The position numbers were made by a program, and so were the translations under genes. From an uncultured delta proteobacterium (lineage in GTDB: Bacteria > Desulfobacterota > Binatia > UBA9968), in assembly GCA_963728565.1 (NCBI GenBank), contig CAVSLC010000020.1:1-64000 (forward strand): a stretch of DNA of 64,000 bases, read 5' to 3'. Under the pieces are notes generated by a model that searched no databases, had not been told where the DNA came from, and saw nothing but the letters and a program-made list of their open reading frames with translations. This document shows, one piece after another, positions 30,003 to 41,488 of this stretch. Position 1 is the stretch's first letter; each line of letters starts with the position of its first letter.

Positions 30003-30722
30003 CTACTTTAAATGTTGAGCAAAAAATGTTTTCAGTTTTTCCCACGAATCTTTCGCGGCGCTCTCATTATAGCTCGGCCGCTCATCGCAGAAGAACCCAT
30101 GCGTTGCCTCCGGATAAACCTTCATCGAGAAACTCACTTTTTTATGGGTTAGCTCAGTGTTGATCTGCCCGACTTGATCGATTGGGATCAACGGATCTTT
30201 GGCTCCGAAAAAGAGATAAATCGGGCAGGTGATTTCACCGGTGCGCGACAACGGGCTCGGATCTCCCATCGAAATGCCACCGCCATAGAAGCACACCGCC
30301 GCTTTGACGTCCTTGTTATGATGCGCCGCCGCAAGATAAGTATAACGGCCGCCCATACAAAAACCGGTGACGCCGATGGCGCCAGATTTGACGTTACTTT
30401 GCCCCTTCAAATGCGCGATGGCCGCGCCCACGTCATCCATCACTTTGGGATCCTGCAAGCGGTTCATAGTGCCGATTGCCTTTTTCATGTCACTGTACGG
30501 AATGATGCGCTCGGATTCTCGATGATAGAGATCCGGGGCAATCGCAACGTAGCCTTCTTGCGCAATCCGATCGGTCACTTTCTTGATGTGATCGTTAAGT
30601 CCGAAAGCTTCCATCAAAACAACGATGCCGGGATAGGACCCGCCATCTTTGGGCCGCGCTTCGAACGCATCCATGTTGCCATCGGCCGTACTCAATTGAA
30701 GAGTTGATGTGGTAACGTCCAT
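30003..30722 (-). CDS. Dienelactone hydrolase family protein
   Basis: EAFGL, APDLY, GFCMGG, HGF. Confidence 0.88.
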   Translation of the reverse strand: MDVTTSTLQLSTADGNMDAFEARPKDGGSYPGIVVLMEAFGLNDHIKKVTDRIAQEGYVAIAPDLYHRESERIIPYSDMKKAIGTMNRLQDPKVMDDVGAAIAHLKGQSNVKSGAIGVTGFCMGGRYTYLAAAHHNKDVKAAVCFYGGGISMGDPSPLSRTGEITCPIYLFFGAKDPLIPIDQVGQINTELTHKKVSFSMKVYPEATHGFFCDERPSYNESAAKDSWEKLKTFFAQHLK

Positions 30723-30839
30723 GACGAGCCTCCCTGCAAATATTTATCGTATGAAACCGGAGTCTTCCTACAAGATTTTCTATATCGGTCCATCCGCGCG
30801 AGGTCAAACTCCGAACCTATCGGACCGACTGTAACAGCC

Positions 30840-31688
30840 TCATGACAGTTGGCGGGAAAACTCGATGATTCTGTCGCAAACTTCACGGGTGGTCTGCTCC
30901 AACGGCGACACATTCCAAAAGCTCCCATTCGACAACAACTCTCGGAGATAATGCGCCGCAGAAGTGGCGTGGGACGCGTCGTCACCGGGAATGATGAGAG
31001 CCGGCGCGCTAATGCCAATAATCTCCTCGGGTGCCGCGCCGGTGGCGGTGTCGCGATCGAATAAGCCTCTGCCGCTGACAGCAACGAGTCCGAGGTAACG
31101 ATTCAAATCCTGACGGATAAAGTCCTCGGCGAATGATGGATCCCGAGCGATCACGGAAGCCCAGGGACCGGCTTCGGGATCCATCCAAAAGCTTTTGCCG
31201 ATTCTCGCGCGCTCGACAACACCGGGCAGACCATGGCTGGCGGCGAAGCGGTAATGGCGCTCAAATCGATCGCGACCGGTGGCTTTCCACCGAAAACCAC
31301 CGACCGGCCAGTGGAGCAAGAGCGCGCGGGTCGTCTCCGGGTAATCAACCGCGAATGCCAGTGCCACCGAACATCCCATGCACCCGCCCAGGACAAGCGC
31401 AGATTCAATCTTGAGCTGATCCAGTAACGCTTTTGCCTGTCGCGCATAGGTGCGCCAGCTGAGGTGTTCCACTCTTCCTCCGGATTGTCCGGATTCGCGC
31501 CGATCGTAGGCAATCACTTGAAATTGAGTTGCCAGCGCATCCAGGGCATCGATGCCGGTCCAGGCGCTGGCGGCGCGCCATTTCTCTATCGTTGCATCAA
31601 ATCCGCCGGGCGCAAACAATAACAGCGGAGCACCGGAGCCGAAGACTTGGTAACGAACCTCCAATCCATCGATGGTTGCAGTTGACAT
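30840..31688 (-). CDS. Alpha/beta hydrolase
   Basis: YDRRESGQS, GGCMG elbow (Cys at the nucleophile position); TTG start. Confidence 0.75.
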   Translation of the reverse strand: MSTATIDGLEVRYQVFGSGAPLLLFAPGGFDATIEKWRAASAWTGIDALDALATQFQVIAYDRRESGQSGGRVEHLSWRTYARQAKALLDQLKIESALVLGGCMGCSVALAFAVDYPETTRALLLHWPVGGFRWKATGRDRFERHYRFAASHGLPGVVERARIGKSFWMDPEAGPWASVIARDPSFAEDFIRQDLNRYLGLVAVSGRGLFDRDTATGAAPEEIIGISAPALIIPGDDASHATSAAHYLRELLSNGSFWNVSPLEQTTREVCDRIIEFSRQLS

Positions 31689-31822
31689 TGATTCACTCCT
31701 TCGATTAAGGCTCTATTTGTATCAACCCGGCATCGCCACCGGTATCATTGCTTAGCTACGTAAGATCTAACACGCTGCTTCAAGCAATAAAATTCGTGCC
31801 GCTGCGCTTCTACGGGGAGGCT

Positions 31823-32638
31823 ATGTCCGACCACAAAAAAGCTGGAGAAAAGTTTTCCGAGCTCTTGGAATTGATGGCCGAATTGCGCGGAGAGAACGGC
31901 TGCCCGTGGGATCGAGAGCAGACGCACCAAACATTGAAGTCGTTTTTGTTGGAAGAGACCCATGAGCTTCTCGATGCGCTTGCCGGCAACGATCCTGCCA
32001 GGATTGTCGAAGAATTATCCGACCTGCTGCATCAGATCGTCTTTCATTGTCAGATCGGCGCCGAAAACGGCACATTTACTGCCAATCAAGTGATTAGCAA
32101 CTTAGCGGCGAAGCTTATCCGGCGTCATCCGCACGTCTTCGGCGGTGACGCCTTGCCTGATGCGGACGCCGTGACAAAACAGTGGGCACAAATCAAGGCG
32201 CAAGAAAACCTTGGCGGCACGGCCAATTCAGCATTGGGCAGCCTGCCGAAATCCATGCCGGCGTTGGCACGTGCCCAAACCATTTCGGAGCGCGCCGCGC
32301 GGGTCGGTTTCGATTGGCCCAAGATAGAACCGGTGTGGCAAAAGGTGGAGGAGGAATTGAGTGAACTCAAAGCCGCCTGCGCCTCCGGCGATCATCAACG
32401 AACCGGAGAGGAATTGGGCGATGTGTTTTTCTCATTAGTTAATCTTGCGCGCTTTCTCGGGGTTCAGGCAGAAGAGGTTGCCAGTCAAACCACCGATAAA
32501 TTCATTGAGAGGTTCAATTACCTCGAAGATGAGCTGCGCCAAGCCGGGAAATCCCCAAATCAATCCAGCCTGGAAGAAATGGATCGGTTGTGGGATGAGG
32601 CAAAAGCGCTCGAGCGGCGCGGGCGGGTTCGACGATGA
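31823..32638 (+). CDS. mazG: Nucleoside triphosphate pyrophosphohydrolase MazG
   Basis: GCPWDREQT, EETHE, KLIRRHPHVF, GFDW, EELGD. Confidence 0.92.
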   Translation: MSDHKKAGEKFSELLELMAELRGENGCPWDREQTHQTLKSFLLEETHELLDALAGNDPARIVEELSDLLHQIVFHCQIGAENGTFTANQVISNLAAKLIRRHPHVFGGDALPDADAVTKQWAQIKAQENLGGTANSALGSLPKSMPALARAQTISERAARVGFDWPKIEPVWQKVEEELSELKAACASGDHQRTGEELGDVFFSLVNLARFLGVQAEEVASQTTDKFIERFNYLEDELRQAGKSPNQSSLEEMDRLWDEAKALERRGRVRR

Positions 32639-33606
32639 CCTTGCCCAAGATTGTGTTCCTCGATGCCGCCACGTTCGGCGATGTTTCACTGGAACGCTTC
32701 AGCGAGATCGGCGATTGCAAAATTTACCAAGTCACCAAGCCAAGCGAGACCATTGGTCGATTGGCCGGTCAAGACATAGTGGTTACCAACAAACAAGCCA
32801 TCTCTGAGGCGGCTCTCGCCGCGCCGGAGTCGCAGAACTTGTCGTTGATCGCAGTGGCCGCCACGGGTACCGACATTATCGATCACACGGCGGCCCGCAA
32901 ACGTAACATCAAGGTCTGCAATGTCCCGGGCTATGCCGCGCAGTCCGTGGCGCAGTTCACGATGGCGTTGATCTTAGAACTGGCTACTCACGCGGGCCGG
33001 TACGCCGCTGACGTCAAGGCCGGGATGTGGCAGAAAAGTCCCGTGTTCTCACTGCTGACGTATCCGAGTTTCGAGCTCAGCGGCAGGACGTTAGCTATCG
33101 TTGGCTACGGCAATATCGGCCGCGAGGTTGCCCGGATGGCACGGGGATTTGGCATGGAAGTGCTGGTGGCCACTCGTCCAGGAGCAGCGGAACCGCCTGC
33201 CTCGCACCGAGTTCCCTTAGAGCAATTGCTGCCGCAAGCTGACATTGTATCACTGCACTGCGCGCTAACGCCCCAGACAAAAAACTTGATCAATAATGAG
33301 ACGCTTAGGTTGATGAAACCATCGGCAATCCTGATCAATACCGCGCGCGGCGCTTTGGTTGAGGAAACAGCACTGATTCAGGCGCTGCGCGAGCAGCGTC
33401 TGGCCGGAGCTGCCTTGGATGTGATCACCGAGGAACCTCCGGCCGCGGATCACCCGATCATCGTGGCAGCGAGCACACTGGACAATCTGCTGGTGACCCC
33501 GCACACGGCGTGGAGCGCTCGTCAAGCGCGAGAGAGGCTGTTAAATGAGGTGGCCGAAAACATCTCGGCCTTTTTAGCCGGTAAAGATAGGAATCTGATC
33601 GGATAG
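32635..33606 (+). CDS. D-2-hydroxyacid (glycerate) dehydrogenase
   Basis: GYGNIG, SLHC.LT, INTARG, LDV, TPHTAW. Confidence 0.88.
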   Translation: MTLPKIVFLDAATFGDVSLERFSEIGDCKIYQVTKPSETIGRLAGQDIVVTNKQAISEAALAAPESQNLSLIAVAATGTDIIDHTAARKRNIKVCNVPGYAAQSVAQFTMALILELATHAGRYAADVKAGMWQKSPVFSLLTYPSFELSGRTLAIVGYGNIGREVARMARGFGMEVLVATRPGAAEPPASHRVPLEQLLPQADIVSLHCALTPQTKNLINNETLRLMKPSAILINTARGALVEETALIQALREQRLAGAALDVITEEPPAADHPIIVAASTLDNLLVTPHTAWSARQARERLLNEVAENISAFLAGKDRNLIG

Positions 33607-33616
33607 AGACGAATCC

Positions 33617-34042
33617 TCAAAACGGTATATCGTCATCGAAAGGCGGCTGTCCGCCGCCAGTTGATATTTCGTCGGTAACGCCGCCTTCGACCTCCGGCGC
33701 CATTCGCGTGCCACCGCCGCCGCCAAGAAATCTAATGCGTTGCGCAACGATCTCGGTCACATATCGCTTGGTACCGGTTTTATCGTCATAGCTCCGGCTG
33801 CGAATGCTGCCCTCGACAAAAACCTGCCTTCCTTTGGCGAGATATTGGCTGCAAGATTCACCCTGCTTACCCCATACAATGATATTATGCCACTCGGTTC
33901 TTTCCTGCTTGTTGCCGTCGCGGTCGTTCCAAACTTCGGAAGTAGCGATCGGAAAACGCGCTACCGCGCTCCCCGTTGAAGTGAAGCGAAGCTCGGGATC
34001 TTTACCTAGATTTCCAATGAGAATTACTTTGTTTACGGACAT
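33617..34042 (-). CDS. ssb: Single-stranded DNA-binding protein
   Basis: [21 protein letters not shown]-terminal DDDIPF. Confidence 0.97.
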   Translation of the reverse strand: MSVNKVILIGNLGKDPELRFTSTGSAVARFPIATSEVWNDRDGNKQERTEWHNIIVWGKQGESCSQYLAKGRQVFVEGSIRSRSYDDKTGTKRYVTEIVAQRIRFLGGGGGTRMAPEVEGGVTDEISTGGGQPPFDDDIPF

Positions 34043-34222
34043 GAAACACCTCCAGGCCGCTACATTGCGGCAGCAAACAGTGCAGCCAACTTAGCGCTCG
34101 CGATATTTATAGTCAATGATGGAATCGGCATGCAGCGGGGTCTCCGCTGAATTGCAATTTGATCATGCGTACACTAGACTAAGCTGGCGCATTTTCGCGG
34201 TTTTGCACTCGCCAAGCTTACT

Positions 34223-35014
34223 TTGATCTTGATGTTTTATCTGCTCAAGCTGTCGGTTTTTATGCTCATCACGGTACCGGCTGCGGTGCTGACAATCTTT
34301 CTTGGCCTATTCGATCGTCATGGCAAAGTCGCGTACCGTGCAAGCCAGATCTGGACGGCTTTGATCTTACGCATGGGCGGGGTTGTATTGCGAGTTAGCG
34401 GCGGCGAACATATCGATTCGCGAAAACAATATGTTTTCATGGTCAATCACCAAAGCAATCTCGATATCCCAGTTCTGGTGCACAGCCTGGTAAGTTTTCA
34501 GTTGCGCTGGATCGCTAAAAGAGAGCTTCTTTGGATTCCGTTTTTCGGCTGGGCGATGTGGGCTTCAAGGCATATTACAATCGATCGAGCGGACCGTCTC
34601 ACTGCCGTCAAAAGCTTAAAACGCGCGAAAGAGCGGATGGCAGCCGGTATTTCGATTGTTGTATTTCCGGAAGGGACGCGCAGCCGAGATGGAAAACTGC
34701 TGCGGTTTAAGAAAGGTGGATTTTTACTTGCCGCCCAGGCAAACCGACCGATTGTTCCAGTGACCATCAACGGCAGCCGGCAGATCCTGCCAGCCGGTGC
34801 ATGGCGCTTGAGGGGCGGAATTGTCGAGGTCATCATTAGTGAACCGATTGCGGTCGATGGTTTTGGTCCGGGCACGCTCCGCCATCTCTCGAACCGGGTA
34901 CGACAAGCAATCGAAAAACATCTGCGAAGCGAGCCCATGGATTCGGCCTCGGTCGCAGCAAACTCAGGCCATAGCATCATCAGTAATCGTCAGTTGGAGA
35001 AACGGAGCATTTAA
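34223..35014 (+). CDS. plsC: 1-acyl-sn-glycerol-3-phosphate acyltransferase
   Basis: NHQSNLD, FPEGTRS, FKKGGF; start may be 34232. Confidence 0.88.
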   Translation: MILMFYLLKLSVFMLITVPAAVLTIFLGLFDRHGKVAYRASQIWTALILRMGGVVLRVSGGEHIDSRKQYVFMVNHQSNLDIPVLVHSLVSFQLRWIAKRELLWIPFFGWAMWASRHITIDRADRLTAVKSLKRAKERMAAGISIVVFPEGTRSRDGKLLRFKKGGFLLAAQANRPIVPVTINGSRQILPAGAWRLRGGIVEVIISEPIAVDGFGPGTLRHLSNRVRQAIEKHLRSEPMDSASVAANSGHSIISNRQLEKRSI

Positions 35015-35020
35015 AACAGC

Positions 35021-36676
35021 ATGGAATCCGTAAGAATCATACCTTTAGGCGGTCTCGGTGAGTTTGGCCTCAACATGATGCTGGTCGAATACGGCGAAGC
35101 GGCCATAGCCATCGACTGCGGCCTGATGTTTCCCGGGGCCGATTTGCTCGGCATCGACCTGGTCATCCCCGATATCAGCTATCTCCTGGAAAACAAGCAC
35201 AAGCTCAAAGCGATTATTTTGACCCATGCGCATGAAGACCATATGGGGGCGCTTCCCTATGTTCTCGAGCGCCTCTCGGTGCCGATCTACGCCACCCGTT
35301 TGACGCTGGGTCTGCTCAGCAATCGAGTCAGAGAACATGGTCTGGAAGATATCGCCGATGTTCGCGAGATCACCGCCGGCAAACTGTGGGAGTTAGGCCC
35401 TTTCAAGCTCGAAGGGATTCGTGTCACGCATAGCCTGATGGACTGCCTGGCCTTGGCAATACAGACGCCCGTCGGTACGATCATCCATACCGGTGACTTC
35501 AAGATCGATAACACACCAATGGAAGGCGAGATGTTCGATTTTCAAAGATTCGCCGCCTACGGGGAAAAAGGCGTTCTTCTGCTCTTGTCCGACTCAACCA
35601 ACGTTGAACGGCGCGGCCACACCGGGTCTGAACGCGAAGTTGGAACGAACCTGGAGCAGATTTTTCGGCAATCAAGCGGCAGGGTGCTGGTTTCGACGTT
35701 TGCGTCGAGCATTCCAAGGATCCAACAAGTGCTGGAAATTTCCGAGCGTTGCGATCGCAGAGTCGTGCTCAGCGGCCGCAGCATGGTGCGCAACAGCCAG
35801 GTCGCAGCCGACCTCGGCTATCTCCGGCTTCCAAGAAGCTTCATGACCGAAAATGATCGTTGGCAAGATCTTGCCCCCGATCGCCTCACGTTTCTGACCA
35901 CCGGCAGCCAGGGTGAGCCGCTATCGGTCTTGCACCGGGTAGCTCTCAACGATCACAAGACAATCAAAATTCAACCCGGCGATAACGTTATTCTCTCTTC
36001 GAAGTTTATCCCCGGCAACGAGAAGATCATTTCGAACTTGATCAATCATCTCTACCGCCGCGGTGCAGAGGTTCACTACGAAAAGGTTTCCGAGATTCAC
36101 GTTTCCGGGCATGCCAGCCAAGAAGAATTGAAGATAATGCTGCAGCTGACTCGTCCGCGCTTTTTCGTGCCGATTCACGGCGAGTACCGCCACTTGGTGC
36201 GCCATCAGCGGTTGGCTCAAGAGGTTGGGGTCCCGGAGAGTAACTGTTTTATTCTCGAAGACGGCGACGTCTTGGAACTAACCGCCCAGGGCGCCCATAA
36301 GACAACTCCCGTTCAGGTGGGCAAAGTGTTCGTCGATGGCAAAGGTATCGGCGATGTCGGGCCGATTGTGATTCGCGATCGGCGCCATTTATCAGAAGAC
36401 GGAATGGTGCTCGCGGTACTGGCAATCCACCAGCAATCCGGCGAAATCGTCGCCGGACCGGATTTGATTTCTCGCGGATTCGTTCGTGATGAAGAAGGCG
36501 AAGAGATTTTCGAACAGGCTCGAAAGGTCGTCTTAGAAACCTTTAGCGGTATGAACCGGGAAACGCGCGCCGATCGAGCCGAGTTGCAGGAAGAGATTCG
36601 CATTGCGCTACGTCGTCATTTCCGCAAGAAACTAGAACGGCGGCCTGTAGTTTTGCCGTATATAGTTGAAACTTAA
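35021..36676 (+). CDS. rnj: Ribonuclease J
   Basis: PLGGLGEFG, THAHEDH, TGDFK, TGSQGEP, HVSGH, PIHGE. Confidence 0.95.
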   Translation: MESVRIIPLGGLGEFGLNMMLVEYGEAAIAIDCGLMFPGADLLGIDLVIPDISYLLENKHKLKAIILTHAHEDHMGALPYVLERLSVPIYATRLTLGLLSNRVREHGLEDIADVREITAGKLWELGPFKLEGIRVTHSLMDCLALAIQTPVGTIIHTGDFKIDNTPMEGEMFDFQRFAAYGEKGVLLLLSDSTNVERRGHTGSEREVGTNLEQIFRQSSGRVLVSTFASSIPRIQQVLEISERCDRRVVLSGRSMVRNSQVAADLGYLRLPRSFMTENDRWQDLAPDRLTFLTTGSQGEPLSVLHRVALNDHKTIKIQPGDNVILSSKFIPGNEKIISNLINHLYRRGAEVHYEKVSEIHVSGHASQEELKIMLQLTRPRFFVPIHGEYRHLVRHQRLAQEVGVPESNCFILEDGDVLELTAQGAHKTTPVQVGKVFVDGKGIGDVGPIVIRDRRHLSEDGMVLAVLAIHQQSGEIVAGPDLISRGFVRDEEGEEIFEQARKVVLETFSGMNRETRADRAELQEEIRIALRRHFRKKLERRPVVLPYIVET

Positions 36677-36691
36677 GGTTCGCTTACTGCC

Positions 36692-38937
36692 ATGGAAAAA
36701 GGCCGGCTCAACCGGGAAGTCTGGGGTGTGGTTATTAGCCTCACCGCTCTTCTGATCATTATTAGCTTAGTCTCGTATAGTCCAAATGACCGTTCGCTCA
36801 ATACGCCTTCTGGTTTGATCGCTCATAACTGGGGAGGCTTTGTCGGCGCTTTTCTAGCCGATCTCCTGTTGCAGGGCCTCGGCCTATCTGCCTACTTACT
36901 GCCGATTTTCCTCGGCCTCGCTGCCTATCACTTATTTCTCCCCGGTGTTCAAAGGACTTCGCGCTACCAAGGCAACCGGCTACGCAGTGCTTCTCGTCGG
37001 CATAGCAGTTCTTTTGAGCCTATGGATCGATTCTGAAGACGCGCGAGACTCCGGCGGCATCATCGGAGGCTTTCTTACGGAAAGCATTCTGGTGCCGTTG
37101 TTTGGACGCATCAGCGCAACGTTGATTATCCTGACGACGCGCGCTTCTGGCAATCATGACAGTTTCGCAAATATCGCTGGCGGATCTGCTTGATCGCAGC
37201 GGCAAACGACTGCTCCAGTTCAGGAAAACTATCATACCGAAGATCGGCTTGAGTTTAACCAAGCTCAAACAGCAGAAAGACAAAACCAAGGGAGAAAACA
37301 TCAAGAACGAACGGCGCGACTATGTGCCGCCGCCCATCGTTGTAAAGGCTGACCCTAAAGAAGAATTGATCAAGAAAGTCGTCAAGAAACCGATTGCCCC
37401 GCAAGAGCAGTTTAAACTCCCGGTAGTTGGAGAAGGGTACCGCTTGCCGCCTCTCGACCTCTTAGACCCACCCGATCCCAATCAGTTAATCAAAGTCGAC
37501 ACCAACGGCCTGCACGCCAACTCTCTCATCCTGCAAAAAAAACTGGCTGATTTCGGCGTCGACGGCGAAGTGGTCGCGGTCCGTCCCGGCCCGGTCATCA
37601 CCATGTATGAGTTTAAGCCGGCCGACGGCGTAAAGGTACGCCGCATCGTCATGCTGGCTGACGATCTCGCAATGGCGCTGCGCGCTGTCAGCGTGCGTAT
37701 TCTCGCGCCGATTCCGGGAGAATCGGTGGTGGGAATAGAAATCCCTAATCCCCGGCGCGAAACGGTTTATTTGAGAGAAATCATCGAGAGCGATAGCTAT
37801 CATTCCGTCGATTCAAAAATCACCTTAGCTCTAGGAAAGGATATTGGCGGAATACCGTTTGCCACTGATCTGGGGCGCATGCCTCATCTGCTGGTTGCCG
37901 GCGCCACAGGAACCGGCAAGTCGGTGTCGATCAACGCCATGATCCTGAGCATTCTCTTTAAAGCGACGCCGCAAGACGTGCGATTCATCATGGTGGATCC
38001 GAAAATGCTGGAGCTGACTGTTTACGAAGAAATTCCCCACCTTCTTGTGCCTGTGGTGACGGATCCAAAAAAAGCCGCCGCCGCGCTTTTCTGGGCCATG
38101 GACGAGATGGATCGACGTTATCGGCTCATGAGAGACAAAGGCGCGCGCAATATCGACAATTACAATCGAACACTGGAAAAAGAAGGCGCCGTAAAGAAAC
38201 CCGTTATTGAGCTGACGGAAGCGCAAGCGGACGAAGATCCGAATGCACCGGGTGGGAGCCTGGCAAAGGAAGCGCCGCTGGTGCATGAGCGTTTGCCGCG
38301 GATCGTTATTATCATCGATGAACTGGCCGATCTGATGATGACGGTTGGACGCGATATTGAAGAATACATCACCCGACTTGCGCAAAAGGCACGAGCCGCG
38401 GGTATTCACCTGATCCTTGCCACTCAGCGCCCTTCTGTGGATGTCATCACCGGTTTGATCAAAGCGAATTTTCCGGCGCGTATCTCATTTCAGGTGACCT
38501 CGCGAATCGATTCGCGCACAATACTGGACTCGATGGGCGGCGAGAAGCTTTTAGGCAACGGCGACTTGTTGTTCTTACCGCCGGGCACGGCACGACTGAC
38601 GCGCATCCATGGAGCCTTCGTATCGGATCAAGAAGTGCGCAAGGTGATGAAGTTTATCAAGCAGCAGGGACGACCACAGTACCGACCCGATGTTTTTGAC
38701 GTCAAAAAGGATATCGAGAACGCCGGCGCCGACGAAGAGTACGATGAAATGTATGATCAGGCGGTGGCGATTGTCACCGACACTCAGCAAGCTTCGATCT
38801 CTATGATTCAACGGAGATTGCGGGTAGGATACAACCGGGCTGCGCGGATGATTGAGCAGATGGAACGCGATGGCGTTATTGGTCCGGCAGACGGCGCCAA
38901 GCCGAGAGAAGTGTATGCGAGAAAACTTGAAGCTTAA
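36692..38937 (+). CDS. ftsK: DNA translocase FtsK, frameshifted near 36945 and 37140
   Basis: N-terminal TM region (NWGGFVGA), GATGTGKS, IIDELAD, ATQRPSVD, gamma domain QRRLRVGYNRAAR. Confidence 0.92.
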
Positions 38938-39589
38938 ACGACTGCTTGGGGCTCTGGTGATTGCCTTGTGCTTGACTGCGCAGGATTGGATTACCGCGGC
39001 GGAGCCGAAAAGCGCCGAGCAGGTCGTCGACGCGCTGCAGAAGAACTATGACGCTACCATCGATTTCATCGCTGATTTTCAGCAGGAAACCGAAGTCAAA
39101 ACTCTTAACCGCAGCTTGAAAGCGTGGGGGAAGTTGTCGTTCAAACGCCCGGGCAAAATGCTGTGGCGCTATGAAGAACCCAAGGGCCAGATCGTACTGA
39201 CAGATGGAAGCCACCTCTATTTTCTACAACCTGAACAGAACCAGGTGATTAAGAGTCCGTTGAAAAACGCCTTTCGCTCGGATATTCCGCTGTCTTTTCT
39301 ACTTGGGCTGGGCAACTTGAAAAAAGATTTTAATGCCGTGCTCAAGGCAACTGAAAAGGACGAATACATTCTCCGTCTAGAACCCAAGGGCGAAGCTGGA
39401 GGATTCAGCGAAATCCTTCTCGGAGTTAGTCGGAGCTCAGCCGATATCGTCTGGGTAAGCATTCGCGACGCCGCCAACAATCTGACAAGCTTGCGTTTTT
39501 CCAATATGAAGAAAGGCGTTGGGCTTAAGGATTCGCTGTTTCGAATAAACATTCCCCAGGGGGTCGACATAGTGGAGTTGGGCCAGTGA
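38915..39589 (+). CDS. lolA: Outer-membrane lipoprotein carrier LolA
   Basis: ADFQQ, KRPGKMLWRY, DG; downstream of ftsK. Confidence 0.85.
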   Translation: MRENLKLKRLLGALVIALCLTAQDWITAAEPKSAEQVVDALQKNYDATIDFIADFQQETEVKTLNRSLKAWGKLSFKRPGKMLWRYEEPKGQIVLTDGSHLYFLQPEQNQVIKSPLKNAFRSDIPLSFLLGLGNLKKDFNAVLKATEKDEYILRLEPKGEAGGFSEILLGVSRSSADIVWVSIRDAANNLTSLRFSNMKKGVGLKDSLFRINIPQGVDIVELGQ

Positions 39590-40929
39590 AGCAACCAAAG
39601 CAGAAGTTTAGCATCATCAGCTTAGGATGCGCCCGCAATCTGGTCGATTCGGAAGTGATGTCCGGACTGCTCGTCCAGGATCATTATGAAATGGTTCAGG
39701 AACCGGCCGAGGCGGATGTCGTGCTGATCAATACATGCGGCTTTATCGATGCCGCTAAAGCGGAGTCGATAGACACAATCGTCGAGATTTCCCGACTCAA
39801 GCAAGAAGGAACGCTGCGCAAGCTTGTGGTTGCGGGCTGTCTATCGCAACGGTACCCGCAAGAGTTAGCAACCGAGTTGCCTGAGGTCGATTTATTTATA
39901 GGCACAGGGGAAATTCCGCGTATAGTCAATATTCTTAGAGAACATGAACGAAATCAAAGCCGCAGACATTACGTCGGCATTCCCGAGTACCTATACGACC
40001 ATGTAACACCCCGGCTTCGCCATACTCCGTCCTACACTGCGTTTGTAAAGGTCTCTGAAGGATGCGACCACAAGTGCGCCTTCTGTATCATTCCTAAGTT
40101 ACGCGGCCCACATCGTAGCCGCAGCATTGAATCCGTAGTCAAAGAAGCCACTATGCTGGCCCAAAGCGGTGTCAAGGAGATTAATCTTATCGCCCAGGAT
40201 CTCACCGCGTACGGCAGAGATCGCAAAGACGGGACGACTCTCTACGGTCTGTTAAAAGAGCTGGTTCATGTGCCCGATCTCGTATGGATACGGCTACTCT
40301 ATGCTTATCCCAATTTTCTTGACTCGCCGCTGCTTGATCTGATCGATACGAGCGAAAAAATTTGCAAGTACATCGATATCCCTTTCCAGCATGTCAGCGC
40401 CGGTATCTTGAAGAGCATGCGCCGAGGCAAAAGCGGCAGTGCCGTACAGGCTACCGTAGAAAAGTTGCGTGAATCCATTTCCGGTTTGACCCTTCGAAGC
40501 TCGCTAATTGTCGGGTTTCCCGGAGAAACCGAAGAGGATTTTCAAGCGCTGCTCGATTTCGTTGAAAGGACCAGATTTGAACGTCTCGGCGTCTTCAAGT
40601 ATTCAATCGAAGAAGGCACCGCCGCAGCAAGTCTTGCCGATCACGTCGAGGAAGAAGAGAAAGAACGACGCTGGCAAGAGGTGATGGATCTGCAAGCAAG
40701 TATCTCGCGAAACAAGAATGAGGCCTTGATTGGGTCTATTCAGCGGGTTATCATCGATGGCATTGACGAAACCGGGCAGTTGATCGGACGCACACAGGGT
40801 CATGCGCCGGAAGTCGACGGCGCCGTATACTTGCAAAACCCAGCTTCCCTTGGAACCGGCGATTTTGCCGACGTAAAGATAATCGAAGCTCTTGAGTATG
40901 ACTTAATTGGTGAAATACAACATGTCTAA
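39586..40929 (+). CDS. rimO: Ribosomal protein S12 methylthiotransferase
   Basis: SLGCARNLVDSE, NTCGFI, CDHKCAFC radical SAM motif, APEVDG TRAM. Confidence 0.93.
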   Translation: MKQPKQKFSIISLGCARNLVDSEVMSGLLVQDHYEMVQEPAEADVVLINTCGFIDAAKAESIDTIVEISRLKQEGTLRKLVVAGCLSQRYPQELATELPEVDLFIGTGEIPRIVNILREHERNQSRRHYVGIPEYLYDHVTPRLRHTPSYTAFVKVSEGCDHKCAFCIIPKLRGPHRSRSIESVVKEATMLAQSGVKEINLIAQDLTAYGRDRKDGTTLYGLLKELVHVPDLVWIRLLYAYPNFLDSPLLDLIDTSEKICKYIDIPFQHVSAGILKSMRRGKSGSAVQATVEKLRESISGLTLRSSLIVGFPGETEEDFQALLDFVERTRFERLGVFKYSIEEGTAAASLADHVEEEEKERRWQEVMDLQASISRNKNEALIGSIQRVIIDGIDETGQLIGRTQGHAPEVDGAVYLQNPASLGTGDFADVKIIEALEYDLIGEIQHV

Positions 40930-41380
40930 ATCGGAAAATCTCAAAGACGCAAAAGCCAGAAAAGATTTCCTCAAAAGCGCGGCGGAAACTTTGCTGGAGA
41001 TGAAGAAGCAGCTTCATAGAGAAATGCAGGTTCGGGTCAAAGGCGAAACCGAAGGTGTTAAGGATGAAGGTCGCGACACCTATGATCTAGCGAGCGATGA
41101 AAGAGATCGGGAAATCAATTTTATTCTCAATGATCGAGAGCGGGAGAAACTGCACGCGATTGACGAAGCCCTGGAGCGCATCAAAGACAAAAGCTACGGC
41201 ATCTGCGAGAGTTGCGAAGGCGAGATCCAACTGGGACGCTTGAAAGTGCTGCCCTTCACGAGACTTTGCGTGAGGTGTCAGGAAGAGAACGAGAAGGAAA
41301 GCAAACGTCAGAAAACGCTCGAGGAAGAGCGAGGCTACCGCAAGCTTGTTCTGACTGACTTCGAAGAAGAAGGCTCCTAA
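40922..41380 (+). CDS. DksA/TraR C4 zinc-finger protein
   Basis: DTYDLA (DxxDxA) tip, YGICESC...RL...P.TRLCVRC. Confidence 0.85.
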   Translation: MSKSENLKDAKARKDFLKSAAETLLEMKKQLHREMQVRVKGETEGVKDEGRDTYDLASDERDREINFILNDREREKLHAIDEALERIKDKSYGICESCEGEIQLGRLKVLPFTRLCVRCQEENEKESKRQKTLEEERGYRKLVLTDFEEEGS

Positions 41381-41432
41381 CTGATCAGACCCGGTCCGGA
41401 TCAAACCCTGGCAGCGCCATTATCAGAGAGCC

Positions 41433-41472
41433 AAAAAAAGAGGGCATGGTTTGGAACCATGCCCTCTTTTTC
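41433..41472. terminator. Bidirectional Rho-independent terminator
   Basis: A7-GAGGGCATGGTT-loop-AACCATGCCCTC-T6 between convergent genes. Confidence 0.85.
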
Positions 41473-41488
41473 GTGGAAGGTTTGACGA